A stretch of DNA of 64,000 nucleotides from Salinivirgaceae bacterium (GCA_024405635.1 JAKSOL010000002.1:1-64000), one strand, 5' to 3'; shown: positions 28,504 through 38,771, counted from the first letter of the stretch. Numbers and translations are program-made. The notes: generated from the letters alone by a model not told the origin.

Positions 28504-29436
28504 ATGAACGTTGCAATTATCGACCTAGGAACCAACACTTTCAATATTCTTATTGTAAAGTTAGAAAAGGGTAAGCCGTTTGAAACACTGATGCGAACAA
28601 AATCGGCAGTGATGCTTGGTAGCGAAGGCTTGCTTACTGGTTATCTTTCTGATAAAGCATTTTCTCGCTCGTTTTCAATTTTACGCGACTACGCAAGTAT
28701 GATAAAAAACTTCAAGTGTGTAAACACCATAGCACTTGGAACTTCAGCTTTGCGCAATGCCCAAAATGCCGACCATTTTATAGCCAAAGTAAAAAAGGAA
28801 CTTGGAATTAGCATAGTTTCAATTTCAGAAGAAGAAGAAACCAAATACATATACGAAGGAATTAGGCGTGCAGTACCACTTGGCAACGACTACGAACTGC
28901 TTGTTGATATTGGTGGCGGTAGCAACGAGGTTTTGTTAGCAAATAACAACGAAATACTATGGAGCGAAAGCTATAAACTAGGTAGCGCCCGCTTGCTTGA
29001 AACTTTTAAACCAAGCGACCCAATTCAAGCTACTGAAATTAAGAGACTTTATGCCCATTTCGACTCACTAATGGCTCGCTTTAACGAAGTGATAAAACAA
29101 CACCCTGTAAGCCGCATCATTGGTTCGTCGGGCGCATTCGATAGTTTTGCCGATATGATTTTTCAAGAGGCAAACAATGTCCCAATTCCGCTAAATTCAC
29201 TTTATTACGATTTTTCGGCCGACCAATTTTCTAAACTTTATTACAATATAACACACTCAACCCGCGAGGAGCGTTTCCTATTCCGTGGAATTGAGGGGTT
29301 GCGCCTTGATACCATTGTAATGTCGTCAACCTTTACCAACTATCTAATTATGCGCACTGGCGTTACAAACCTCACTCAATCGGCATTTGCTATGAGCGAA
29401 GGAATTGCAATTGAACTCGAATCAACTTTGATCTAA
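28504..29436 (+). CDS. ppx: Ppx/GppA family exopolyphosphatase (short form)
   Basis: AIIDLGTNT, TSALRNAQN, DIGGGSNE. Confidence 0.85.
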   Translation: MNVAIIDLGTNTFNILIVKLEKGKPFETLMRTKSAVMLGSEGLLTGYLSDKAFSRSFSILRDYASMIKNFKCVNTIALGTSALRNAQNADHFIAKVKKELGISIVSISEEEETKYIYEGIRRAVPLGNDYELLVDIGGGSNEVLLANNNEILWSESYKLGSARLLETFKPSDPIQATEIKRLYAHFDSLMARFNEVIKQHPVSRIIGSSGAFDSFADMIFQEANNVPIPLNSLYYDFSADQFSKLYYNITHSTREERFLFRGIEGLRLDTIVMSSTFTNYLIMRTGVTNLTQSAFAMSEGIAIELESTLI

Positions 29437-29442
29437 TTATTT

Positions 29443-30618
29443 ATGGCTCATATTCTTGTGATTGACGACGAAAGGTCGATACGCAACAGTCTGAAAGACA
29501 TTCTTGAATACGAAAAACACGAAGTTGCACTTGCTGCTAGCGGTGCCGAAGGTCTTGAAATCCTTTCGCACGATCAGTTTGACGTGCTATTGCTCGATAT
29601 TAAAATGGAGGGAATGGACGGCATGGAGGTGCTTGAACAAGTGGTGCAACTTTATCCTGATATGCCTGTTGTGATGATTTCAGGTCACGGCACAGTTGAC
29701 ACTGCTGTTAAGGCCATAAAAATGGGAGCTTACGATTTTATTGAAAAACCATTGGATCTTAATCGTTTGCTAATAACCATTAGAAACACAATGGACAAAG
29801 GAAAACTGATTGCTGAAAATAAAACCTTGAACAAAAAAGTTGCGCGCAACAAGCAACTGATTGGCGAAAGCGAACCTCTACAACGCATTAAAGCAATGAT
29901 TGACAAAGTGGCTCCTACCGATGCTCGTGTACTTATAACGGGCCAAAACGGTACTGGCAAAGAGGTAGTTGCGCGTATGATTCACTTAAATAGCAATCGC
30001 GCAAACGGTCCTTTTGTTGAGGTTAACTGCGCAGCTATTCCTTCCGAATTGATTGAAAGCGAATTGTTTGGACACGAAAAAGGAGCTTTTACATCGGCAG
30101 TTAAACAACGTAAAGGAAAATTTGAGCAAGCCGATGGTGGAACTATCTTCCTCGATGAAATTGGCGATATGAGTTTATCGGCACAAGCAAAAGTGCTACG
30201 AGCTTTGCAAGAGAATAAAATAACTAAAGTGGGTGCTGACAAAGACGTAAACATTAACGTGCGAGTAATTGCTGCCACAAATAAAAATCTTGAAGAGGAG
30301 ATAAAAGAAGGCCGTTTTCGCGAGGACCTTTATCACCGACTTGGCGTTATTCTCATTCCAGTGCCAACCCTAAACGAGCGTGTAAGTGACATACCTTTGC
30401 TTGCCGAGCATTTCATTTCGCTTATTTGTGAAGAATCGGGAATGAGTAAGGCTACAATATCAAAAGATGCCTTGGCCGAACTCCAAAAAATTAACTGGAC
30501 TGGTAACATTCGCGAGTTGCGAAATGTTATTGAGCGCCTGCTTATTCTGTGCGACAAAACCATTTCTGCCGACGATGTTCGCCTTTACGCGCATCCGTTG
30601 GGCGGTATAGTAAAATAA
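29443..30618 (+). CDS. Sigma-54-dependent-type response regulator (REC + AAA+, NtrX-like, no evident HTH)
   Basis: LLDIKM, ISGHG, GQNGTGKE, ESELFGHEKGAFTSA, FLDEIGD, FREDLYHRL, WTGNIRELRN. Confidence 0.92.
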   Translation: MAHILVIDDERSIRNSLKDILEYEKHEVALAASGAEGLEILSHDQFDVLLLDIKMEGMDGMEVLEQVVQLYPDMPVVMISGHGTVDTAVKAIKMGAYDFIEKPLDLNRLLITIRNTMDKGKLIAENKTLNKKVARNKQLIGESEPLQRIKAMIDKVAPTDARVLITGQNGTGKEVVARMIHLNSNRANGPFVEVNCAAIPSELIESELFGHEKGAFTSAVKQRKGKFEQADGGTIFLDEIGDMSLSAQAKVLRALQENKITKVGADKDVNINVRVIAATNKNLEEEIKEGRFREDLYHRLGVILIPVPTLNERVSDIPLLAEHFISLICEESGMSKATISKDALAELQKINWTGNIRELRNVIERLLILCDKTISADDVRLYAHPLGGIVK

Positions 30619-30667
30619 TCAATAACTAATTGCAACACAGGTTGATGCAATATAACCGCCTTAGCCA

Positions 30668-32761
30668 ATGTCCGTAAGGATGTTTTTTAGCAACAATCCG
30701 TTTGTGCGCATAGCACTTGCCTTTATAGTAGGCGAATTGTTGTGTTGTTGTTTAGGCATTCCTTTTTCTGTTTGTTTGCTCGTTATGCTTGCAAGCTTAA
30801 TAGCTGCAGCAGTAGTGTGCTTTCGTACTATTAGTCCACGCTGGCAATGGGTGCAAGGTGCTGTGCTAATGCTAACAGTTGCAAGTGTGGCAATGTGCAT
30901 TTCGGCTATCAAAATTCCATTGGCAAGCAATAGTGGTCTTTTTACTGAACGTAACATCTATCGAGCAGTATTGCTCAATCCTCCAATGCCAAAAAACAAT
31001 TACCTGCAAAGCAAACTGCAGATTGAGGCGGTGAGCGATAATGGGCAGTGGAAGCCTGTCGATTTGTGTGTAATGGCAAAGTTTACAAACGATTCGGCAG
31101 CCAATGAACTTAAGGCTGGACAAACTATAGAGATGCGTGCGCAAATTGCCGAGCCTCGCTCTCATCTTAACCCATTTGGTTTCGATTTTAAGCAATACTT
31201 AAACAGCAATGGTATTGTTGGAAGCATATACGTTGACAATAATTGGCAATTGATTGATAGCGAAGTGCGAGGACTAAAACAAATTGCACTTAATGTACGG
31301 CAGCGGTTAGTTGGAGTTTTGGCGCAATCGGGGCTTACAGGCAACGAACTTGGCTTGGCTTGTACTTTGGTGTTAGGCTATCGCGACAATATTGATGCCG
31401 AAATAAAGCAAGCCTATATGTGTGCGGGCGCCATGCATGTGTTGGCGGTGTCGGGTATGCACGTGGGTATTATATATGCTGTGCTTGAGTGGATAATGCA
31501 ACTATTTGGTGGAAAACGATTCTATCGCATCAAACTGCTTGCAATTATGCTTTTTTTGTGGGTTTATGCTTTTATAACTGGTTTGTCGCCATCGGTAATG
31601 AGGGCGGCAGTTATGTTTTCGGTTGTGATTATTGGTCGCATGGCCAAACGACAGTCGTCTATTTATAATTCGTTGGCAGCTTCGGCGGTGTTGCTTTTGG
31701 TTATCAATCCTAGATTTTTGTTCTCGGCAGGTTTTCAACTCTCGTATATGGCTGTGATTGGTATAGTTACCATAGCTCCAGTAATTACACAAAAGTTTGA
31801 AACTCCATGGGGTTGGCTGAATAAAATATGGGAATTGGTAGCCGTTTCAATAGCTGCGCAGATTGCAACATTTGCTTTGTGCCGCTATTACTTCGACATC
31901 ACTCCGGTTTATTTCTTCATTTCAAGTGTTGTTGTATCGGTAGGGGCGGTAGTTCTTATGGTTCTTACACTCGCAACTCTTGTTGCATCGGGCATAATGT
32001 CGGTTGCGGTTCCGCTTTTCAGCGAGCTTACAGCCATTGCTGCTAAGTTGCTCAATTCAACCATTGTGTTTATTGCAAATTTGCCAGGAGCAACATTGCC
32101 TAATCGCGATGTGACTATTTTTCAGGCAATTACCATTTTCTCGTTCATAACATTTGCTTTGATTTGGTTAGTTGCCAAAAAACGATTTGCAGGTCAAGTT
32201 TCGTTACTATGTGTGTTGGTGTTGCTTGTGGTTTATGCCGAAAAAACAATTCACACCGATCGCCAATCGTCGCTCAACGTGTATTACGATGCAAAAGCAC
32301 CTTCAATTCATTTCTTTTCGGAGGGCGAATCGTGGTGGTGGCAAACAGATACAATGCCCACGCAGCACATTACTAAGGCCAACGAGTATTGGCGGGCGCA
32401 TAAGTCACACATTGTTACCGATACTAGCAATATTAATGGTAAAATTATGTCAACTAGACGGTCGTTTTTTGCCTTTGGCGATGTTACTGGTTTGGTGCTT
32501 AAACCAACAACCATGCTAGCACCGATGCAAAGTTCAATAACTCTTGATTATGTTGTGGTGTGCGGAAAAACAAAATATAGCAACTTGCAAAACAGTAATA
32601 TAAAATATCGAACACTGATTGTTGATGCAACTATGCCGCCTTGGTATGTAAGAGACTGGTCAGTGGCTCCGGCAATTGAGTCGGTTTATAATGTTAGGGC
32701 AAATGGTGCCGCCATGATTCAAAAAAACTGGCGAACGCAAAAAGCAATGGCGCAACGTTAG
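30668..32761 (+). CDS. comEC: ComEC/Rec2 competence channel protein
   Basis: NPFGFDFKQYL, HVLAVSGMHV, SPSVMRA, GFQLSY. Confidence 0.9.
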   Translation: MSVRMFFSNNPFVRIALAFIVGELLCCCLGIPFSVCLLVMLASLIAAAVVCFRTISPRWQWVQGAVLMLTVASVAMCISAIKIPLASNSGLFTERNIYRAVLLNPPMPKNNYLQSKLQIEAVSDNGQWKPVDLCVMAKFTNDSAANELKAGQTIEMRAQIAEPRSHLNPFGFDFKQYLNSNGIVGSIYVDNNWQLIDSEVRGLKQIALNVRQRLVGVLAQSGLTGNELGLACTLVLGYRDNIDAEIKQAYMCAGAMHVLAVSGMHVGIIYAVLEWIMQLFGGKRFYRIKLLAIMLFLWVYAFITGLSPSVMRAAVMFSVVIIGRMAKRQSSIYNSLAASAVLLLVINPRFLFSAGFQLSYMAVIGIVTIAPVITQKFETPWGWLNKIWELVAVSIAAQIATFALCRYYFDITPVYFFISSVVVSVGAVVLMVLTLATLVASGIMSVAVPLFSELTAIAAKLLNSTIVFIANLPGATLPNRDVTIFQAITIFSFITFALIWLVAKKRFAGQVSLLCVLVLLVVYAEKTIHTDRQSSLNVYYDAKAPSIHFFSEGESWWWQTDTMPTQHITKANEYWRAHKSHIVTDTSNINGKIMSTRRSFFAFGDVTGLVLKPTTMLAPMQSSITLDYVVVCGKTKYSNLQNSNIKYRTLIVDATMPPWYVRDWSVAPAIESVYNVRANGAAMIQKNWRTQKAMAQR

Positions 32762-32773
32762 TTTCAAAAACGC

Positions 32774-33862
32774 ATGGTTCAAGTTATTGCATCGGTTTTG
32801 ATTGGTGTTGGCGCAATTTATTTTGTGCTAATGGCGGCTTTTTGTGTCGGCTTTAAGCGATTGCAAAAGGTTAAAATCAATGGCTCGCAAAAAATAAAAT
32901 TTTCGGTGTCGATTATTCTGCCGTTTTGCAACGAACAACATAGCATATCGCAAACCATTGAGTCGATACTTGCGCAAATTGGTGTTGATTTTGAATTGAT
33001 TGCAGTTGACAATGCAAGTACCGACAATTCGCGTGAAATAGTTGACAATTTTGCCCAAACTGATTCACGTGTGCATGTTGTTAGTTGTGCTACAAAAGGA
33101 AAAAAGTATGCGCTACTTGCAGGTATTGCGGCTGCGCAACACGATGCCATTGTTACAATTGATGCCGATTGCCTTTATGGCGAAACGTGGTTAAAAAACA
33201 TGGCTGCAAGCTATTTGCAACTTAATGCAGTATTGCTTGCGGCTCCAGTTTGTGTAGCAAGCAGCAGTACTTTTTTCGGAACTTTTCAAGCTGTGGAGTT
33301 TAGTGCATTGGTGCGTTGTGGTATAGGCGCAGCGGGCGTTGGTTTCCCCATAATGTGCAATGGGTGTAATTTAATGTATAGCAAGTCGGTATTCAGTAAG
33401 CTAACCGACCCTTTGCGCATTGCTCAACCTTCAGGCGACGATGTTTTTTTGCTGCATAGCATGAAACGGAAATATCCAACAGGTATAAAGTTTGTTTGTT
33501 CTCGCGAAACAATAGCACACACAACACCAGTAACTACCATAAAACAGTTTTTGCAACAGCGCGCGCGTTGGGCATCAAAAGCGCCTGCTTATTCCGATGC
33601 TGCAACCATTGTTACCGCCCTAGTTGTTGCCGCAGAGCAAATTGCCTTGCTTGGTTCTTTGGTTTTAGCCTTGATGCAATGTTGGCAGCCCTTGTTAGTT
33701 GTGGGTTTGTCTAAATTGCTGATTGATAGTGCTATAATCTTTGCCGCGCCAAATCGTTTTGGCAAAAAAACGCTGATGCTAATGCCAGTTTTTGAAATAA
33801 TGCTTTCGGCCTATATGTTGGCATTAGTGCTTGGAGTGGGTAAATCAAAGCAATGGCGATAA
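32774..33862 (+). CDS. Membrane-associated glycosyltransferase family 2
   Basis: SIILPFCNE, VDNASTD, IDAD, SGDDVFL, QRARW. Confidence 0.88.
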   Translation: MVQVIASVLIGVGAIYFVLMAAFCVGFKRLQKVKINGSQKIKFSVSIILPFCNEQHSISQTIESILAQIGVDFELIAVDNASTDNSREIVDNFAQTDSRVHVVSCATKGKKYALLAGIAAAQHDAIVTIDADCLYGETWLKNMAASYLQLNAVLLAAPVCVASSSTFFGTFQAVEFSALVRCGIGAAGVGFPIMCNGCNLMYSKSVFSKLTDPLRIAQPSGDDVFLLHSMKRKYPTGIKFVCSRETIAHTTPVTTIKQFLQQRARWASKAPAYSDAATIVTALVVAAEQIALLGSLVLALMQCWQPLLVVGLSKLLIDSAIIFAAPNRFGKKTLMLMPVFEIMLSAYMLALVLGVGKSKQWR

Positions 33863-33903
33863 CCAATTGCTATGTTGAGCCAAATTGATAAGAGTAGTGG
33901 AAC

Positions 33904-34425
33904 TTAAGCAAGTTGTTGAGTAGCAGCTTGATGCTCTGACAAGAAAAGTCGAATTGCGTACCAGCCACGTTTAACCAATTTTTGCAATTGAGGTTGCAAC
34001 TGGTTGTCGTTTAAATATATCTTGCTGATATTCAATTGTGACATTTCGTATGGCAAATTCTCTAACTTACACGAACTAGCATCAAGAATCGATAGATTTT
34101 TTAATTGCCCAATGCTTTGAGGAAGTGCCTTGATTGGGTTGTAGCTAATGTCAACGCATTTTAGGTTTTGCATCAAACCAAAGTTGCTAGGCAAACTCAA
34201 AATGTTGTTGCGCATCAGCAAAAGGTTTTCAAGGTTATGCAAATTAACAATCGAGTTAGGTAAAGTAGTTATGTTGTTGTAACCTAAGTTCAAATGCTTT
34301 AGCGATGTTAACTCACCAATGGCCTCAGGAAGTACCGTTATTTCTCTATTTGATAAGTCAAGATACTCGCGATTCTCAACTTTGGTGCGGTTAATGATTT
34401 CTAATATATCATCAATTTCTAACAT
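33904..34425 (-). CDS. Small cytoplasmic leucine-rich-repeat protein
   Basis: About six LxxLxLxxNxIxxLPxxI repeats; minus-strand TACTTTTG at 34448-34455 favours ATG 34425. Confidence 0.88.
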   Translation of the reverse strand: MLEIDDILEIINRTKVENREYLDLSNREITVLPEAIGELTSLKHLNLGYNNITTLPNSIVNLHNLENLLLMRNNILSLPSNFGLMQNLKCVDISYNPIKALPQSIGQLKNLSILDASSCKLENLPYEMSQLNISKIYLNDNQLQPQLQKLVKRGWYAIRLFLSEHQAATQQLA

Positions 34426-34648
34426 ACTAACTGTGTTTTTTGCGTTACAAAAGTAAGCAATGTATTGAGCGATGAACAATTACTTTGTGCTTTTTTATAA
34501 AAATGTGACAAAATGGTGCTATAGTTATGTGTTTTGGCAATCGGTTGCAAACGTAATGTGACGAATATCAAGTGCTAAAGTTGCATTTCAACAATAAAAC
34601 GTGAACATTTGCAAATAAATTTTTCACCCAATAATTACTAAAACTTAA

Positions 34649-34879
34649 ATGGAACAAGTATTTGGACCAAGTAGGCAAGAGTTAATTGAATTGGCCAATA
34701 CTCGCATGCCATTTGGCAAATACAAAGGCCGGTTGCTTATAGAACTGCCCGAACCTTATTTGGTTTGGTATAGGCAACAAGGTTTCCCAGCAGGCAAACT
34801 GGGCGCGCAGTTGCAACTAATGTATGAGGTGAAACTTAATGGCCTCGAAAAATTGATTTGGCCAATGGTGCAGAAATAA
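34649..34879 (+). CDS. DUF3820 family small protein
   Basis: MPFGKYKGRLLIELPEPYLVW...EVKLNGLE. Confidence 0.88.
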   Translation: MEQVFGPSRQELIELANTRMPFGKYKGRLLIELPEPYLVWYRQQGFPAGKLGAQLQLMYEVKLNGLEKLIWPMVQK

Positions 34880-34911
34880 ATTGGTTTTTAGTATAGGCTC
34901 ATATTAAAGAA

Positions 34912-34951
34912 AACAAAAGGAGAACTGCGGCTGAGGCTCTCCTTCTTTGTT
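34912..34951. terminator. Possible bidirectional terminator between DUF3820 and porX
   Basis: Bulged inverted repeat AACAAAAGGAGA...TCTCCTTCTTTGTT between convergent genes. Confidence 0.4.
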
Positions 34952-34957
34952 CTGTAG

Positions 34958-36508
34958 CTATTTACCAGCAAGGGTAATTACCGGAATTAACATCTCATCC
35001 ATGCTTATGCCGCCGTGCTGAAAAGTGTTTCGGTAATACGAAACATAGTGATTGTAGTTGTTTGGGTAGGCAAAAAAGTTGTTGCCAAATGCAAAAATGT
35101 ACGATGAACTCACATTGAGCCTAGGTAAACACACGCTTTGTGGATTCTTAATCTCAAACACCTCGCGAGGATTATAAGTCAACTGTTTACCATGTTTGTA
35201 GCGCAGGTTTAAACTTACTTCTTTGTCGCCCACTACTTTTATTGGGTTTGAAACCTGAGTGGTGCCATGGTCGGTTGTTATAACAATGTTTATGTTTTTG
35301 TCGGCCAGTAGTTTAAGTAAATCGAAAAGAGTGCTATGCTCAAACCACGAGCAAGTTATGCTGCGGTAGGCTTTTTCGTCGCTCACAAGCTCTTTAATCA
35401 TGTTCATTTCGGTGCGAGCATGCGACAGCATATCAACAAAATTTACCACAATAACCGACAAATCGTTTTGCATTATTTTGTTCACGCAGTCGGTTAGGCG
35501 TTGGCTTTTGTCAAGGTTGTGAATTTTGTCAAAGTAAAGGCTACAGTTGGCACCAAGTCGAGTAAGTTGTTTGCGGAGCAATTCGTCTTCGTGAGCATTT
35601 TTGCTTTCATCTTCGTTTTCGTTAACCCAAAGGTTGGGCATCAGTTTTTGTATTTCCGACGGCATCAGTCCAGCAAAAAGGGCGTTGCGAGCAAACTGAG
35701 TTGAAGTTGGCAAAATGCTGTAGTAAATATCTTCGTTGGTTACGTTGTAGTACGGAGTTAGCAATGGTTCAAGTACTTCCCATTGGTCGAAACGAAAATT
35801 GTCAATTACCAACAAAAGGGTGCGGCCTTGTTGTAAAACGGGCATTATTTTGTTGCGGAACATTGTGGCAGAGTGGGTTGGGGTGCTGCTGTTTGGTGCC
35901 GAAATCCAATCGACATAGTTGTCTTTTACAAATCGAGCAAAACGATTTTCGGCCTCGTTTTTTTGGTCGTGCAGCAGTTGCTCCATTCCTTCGGTTCCAT
36001 TTTTTAATAATTCCAAGTCCCAGTAAACCAGTTTTTTGTGAACGTCAATCCAGCCTTTTGCATCGAGTTTGCTATTTATTAGGTCGCCAAGTTCCATAAA
36101 ATGCGACTGATAGTTTAGCGTGGTTTTTTCGCTCACAAGGCGTTTTTGCTCGGTTATCTTTTTAATGGCCATTAAAATCTGCATTGGATTAACGGGCTTA
36201 ATTAGATAATCGTTTATCTGTGAGCCAATTGCCTCGTCCATAATAAACTCCTCTTCGCTTTTGGTAATCATAACAATAGGCATTTGCGGACGAATGCTTT
36301 TTATGTGTCGCAAAGTTTCAATGCCGCTCATTCCGGGCATGTTTTCGTCTAAAAAAACAATGTCGTAAAGGTTGTTGGTTACCAAATCAATGGCATCGTT
36401 GCCGTTGTTTACGGTTGAAATTTCGTAGTCTTTTGATTGCAAAAAAATTGTGTGAGGTTTCAACAGGTCAATTTCGTCGTCAACCCAAAGGATGCTGGCT
36501 TTGCTCAT
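34958..36508 (-). CDS. porX: PorX-type response regulator (REC + PglZ/alkaline-phosphatase domain)
   Basis: ILWVDDEIDLLKPH, FLDENMPG, MITKSEEE, IDNFRFDQW, ILPTSTQFARN, TTDHG, TFQHGG; start moved to ATG 36508. Confidence 0.92.
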   Translation of the reverse strand: MSKASILWVDDEIDLLKPHTIFLQSKDYEISTVNNGNDAIDLVTNNLYDIVFLDENMPGMSGIETLRHIKSIRPQMPIVMITKSEEEFIMDEAIGSQINDYLIKPVNPMQILMAIKKITEQKRLVSEKTTLNYQSHFMELGDLINSKLDAKGWIDVHKKLVYWDLELLKNGTEGMEQLLHDQKNEAENRFARFVKDNYVDWISAPNSSTPTHSATMFRNKIMPVLQQGRTLLLVIDNFRFDQWEVLEPLLTPYYNVTNEDIYYSILPTSTQFARNALFAGLMPSEIQKLMPNLWVNENEDESKNAHEDELLRKQLTRLGANCSLYFDKIHNLDKSQRLTDCVNKIMQNDLSVIVVNFVDMLSHARTEMNMIKELVSDEKAYRSITCSWFEHSTLFDLLKLLADKNINIVITTDHGTTQVSNPIKVVGDKEVSLNLRYKHGKQLTYNPREVFEIKNPQSVCLPRLNVSSSYIFAFGNNFFAYPNNYNHYVSYYRNTFQHGGISMDEMLIPVITLAGK

Positions 36509-36573
36509 ATATTGCTTTTTTGTTTTGAGTTTAAAACGAAGATAGTTGTTTATTGTTGTTTGTGCCCGAAAGA

Positions 36574-36603
36574 TTTGCAGCAATAAAAATTTTTCTACTT
36601 TTG
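36574..36603 (+). promoter_or_regulatory. Promoter of the SRP RNA (TTTG -33, TACTTTTG -7)
   Basis: TTTG at 36574-77 and TACTTTTG at 36596-36603, ending 4 nt before the RNA 5' stem. Confidence 0.75.
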
Positions 36604-36607
36604 CGGC

Positions 36608-36704
36608 GGGTAAGTCTTATACGACCAGCTCCTGTTAAACTCCCCCAGGGCCGGAAGGCAGCAAGGTAATACGGTTGTAGCGGTGCGATGTAAGTAGCTT
36701 ACCC
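36608..36704 (+). ncRNA. ffs: Signal recognition particle small RNA (4.5S)
   Basis: Helix-8 signature CAGGGCCGGAAGGCAGCA with GGAA tetraloop; terminal stem GGGTAAG/CTTACCC followed by a T-tract. Confidence 0.93.
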
Positions 36705-36721
36705 ATTTTTTTTGCCTTGAA

Positions 36722-37441
36722 ATGAACTCAAAGATATTTCAGATTGATGGTGTTGGTGGGGTTGAGGTAGTTAAGCATCATGCTGCCCGTCGAATTACTA
36801 TTAAGCTGAGTGCCAATAAATTGCCTCGTGTTACCATTCCTACACTCATGGCATATCAAATGGGTTATCTTTTTGCTTGCGAAAAAAAACAATGGATAAT
36901 TGAACATCAGAAACAACTTGCCGACAAGTGCAACACGTTGTTGCTTTATCCTCAAGGTCAGGCTCTTACAACTATGTTCCATACTTTTGTTGCGCAGTTG
37001 CACGATGGTCAGATGTTTCAAGTGCGAAAAACCGATAGCTGCCACATTTTGCTTGTTCCCAAAATGCTTGGCATTGAGCATCAGCAAACGCAACAAGTGA
37101 TTCGTAAATACATAAACGAACAACTGCGTAGCGATGCAAAACGTTATTTGCCGCAATACACAATGGAAGTGGCGCAAAAATTGGGCATTAAAGTTGCTTC
37201 AGTATCGGTGCGTAACATGGTATCGCGTTGGGGATCGTGCTCGTCAAAAGCCGACATTCACCTTAATACGCAGTTGATGCGATTACCGCATGAATTGGTG
37301 CAACTTGTTGTGGTTCATGAACTTTGTCACATTGTTCATCATAATCATAGTGCGCAATTTCATGCTTTGGTAAACAAACTGTTGGGTGGTCGCGAGGCTG
37401 AACTTGAAAAAAAACTGAAACAATATAGAACGGTGATATGA
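36722..37441 (+). CDS. YgjP-like / DUF45 (M48-like) zinc metallohydrolase
   Basis: SRWGSCS, LNTQLMRLP, VVHELCH, NHSAQFH. Confidence 0.88.
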   Translation: MNSKIFQIDGVGGVEVVKHHAARRITIKLSANKLPRVTIPTLMAYQMGYLFACEKKQWIIEHQKQLADKCNTLLLYPQGQALTTMFHTFVAQLHDGQMFQVRKTDSCHILLVPKMLGIEHQQTQQVIRKYINEQLRSDAKRYLPQYTMEVAQKLGIKVASVSVRNMVSRWGSCSSKADIHLNTQLMRLPHELVQLVVVHELCHIVHHNHSAQFHALVNKLLGGREAELEKKLKQYRTVI

Positions 37442-38667
37442 ATAAACAACTTGCAACTCGCTTTTTGCGTTATGTAAACATCGACACGCAAAGCGATGCT
37501 TCGTCAACAACTTGCCCTAGTACAGGCAAACAATTTAACCTTGTTAAGTTGCTGGCCGATGAATTGGTTGATATGGGTGTAACAAAAGTAAATGTTGACC
37601 AAAACGGTTACCTATTTGCAACCATTCCGGCAAACACCACAAAACAAGTTCCTGTTATTGGATTCATTGCCCATGTTGATACCAGTCCCGACATGTCCGG
37701 AAACAATATAAAACCGCGCATAGTTGAAAATTATGCAGGGGCCGACATTGTGCTTAACGAGTGTGATGGAATAATTCTATCGCCGTCAGACTCGCCCGAG
37801 TTGCTCAACTATATAGGCAACGACCTTGTAGTAACCGATGGCCACACACTGCTTGGCGCCGACGACAAGTCGGGAATTACCGCAATTATGCTGATGGCCG
37901 AGTTTTTAGTTTCTCATCCCGAATTTGAACATGGTACAGTAAAAATTGGCTTTACTCCCGACGAAGAAATTGGTCGCGGTGCCGATTTGTTTAACGTTGA
38001 AAATTTTGGTGCCGATTATGCATATACCATTGATGGTGAGGGACTTGGCGCTATTGAATTTGAAAACTTTAATGCCGCATCGGCCATTTTTGATGTTAAA
38101 GGTCGCGAGGTTCACCCTGGAAGCGGAAAAGATAAAATGGTAAACGCTTGTCTGATGCTAGCTCGCATTATTGGCAGCATTCCTGTTGACCAAACTCCAC
38201 GATATACCGATGGCTATCAAGGTTTTTTCCATACACACACCATTGAGGGAAATGTTGAACACGCGCACGCCGAAATGCTTATTCGCGACCACGATAGCAA
38301 TAAGTTTCAGCAGAAAAAAGATTGGCTTAAAGCAACCGTTAGTGCGCTTTGTAACGAATATGGTGGCGAGTACATCAGTCTAACCATTACCGACCAGTAT
38401 AAAAATATGCGTGAAAAAATTGAGCCGCACATGCACTTAATTGAAACCGCAATGGAGGCAATGCGTCAAATTGGAATTGAACCTAAAGTTTCTCCAATTA
38501 GAGGCGGAACCGATGGCGCACGCTTATCGTATATGGGCTTGCCAACGCCAAATATTTTTGCGGGCGGACATAACTTCCACAGCCGTTACGAGTACGTGCC
38601 TTTGCAAAGCATTGAAAAAGCAAGCCAAACTATTTTGAAGATTATTGAACTATACGCGGCAAAGTAA
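37438..38667 (+). CDS. pepT: Peptidase T (tripeptide aminopeptidase)
   Basis: RFLRYVNIDTQSD, AHVDTSPD, LLGADDKSG, FTPDEEIGRG, IRGGTDG; ATGA overlap with the upstream gene. Confidence 0.97.
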   Translation: MNKQLATRFLRYVNIDTQSDASSTTCPSTGKQFNLVKLLADELVDMGVTKVNVDQNGYLFATIPANTTKQVPVIGFIAHVDTSPDMSGNNIKPRIVENYAGADIVLNECDGIILSPSDSPELLNYIGNDLVVTDGHTLLGADDKSGITAIMLMAEFLVSHPEFEHGTVKIGFTPDEEIGRGADLFNVENFGADYAYTIDGEGLGAIEFENFNAASAIFDVKGREVHPGSGKDKMVNACLMLARIIGSIPVDQTPRYTDGYQGFFHTHTIEGNVEHAHAEMLIRDHDSNKFQQKKDWLKATVSALCNEYGGEYISLTITDQYKNMREKIEPHMHLIETAMEAMRQIGIEPKVSPIRGGTDGARLSYMGLPTPNIFAGGHNFHSRYEYVPLQSIEKASQTILKIIELYAAK

Positions 38668-38771
38668 TTGGTAAACTGTTTTTTTAATTAGTTATTAAAC
38701 TAACATGCAGCTCTTTGGAGGTTTAACTTGTTGAAATAAAAGAGTTGTATGCAACAACAAAGGTTCTCAAT

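Noticed and set aside
34534-34549. TTGGCAATCGGTTGCA as a sigma-54 promoter for DUF3820
   Set aside because: GG-to-GC spacing is 9 nt, not the required 10
34958-36508. PglZ domain as evidence for a BREX defence system
   Set aside because: The REC-PglZ architecture and motifs match PorX; no other brx genes are present
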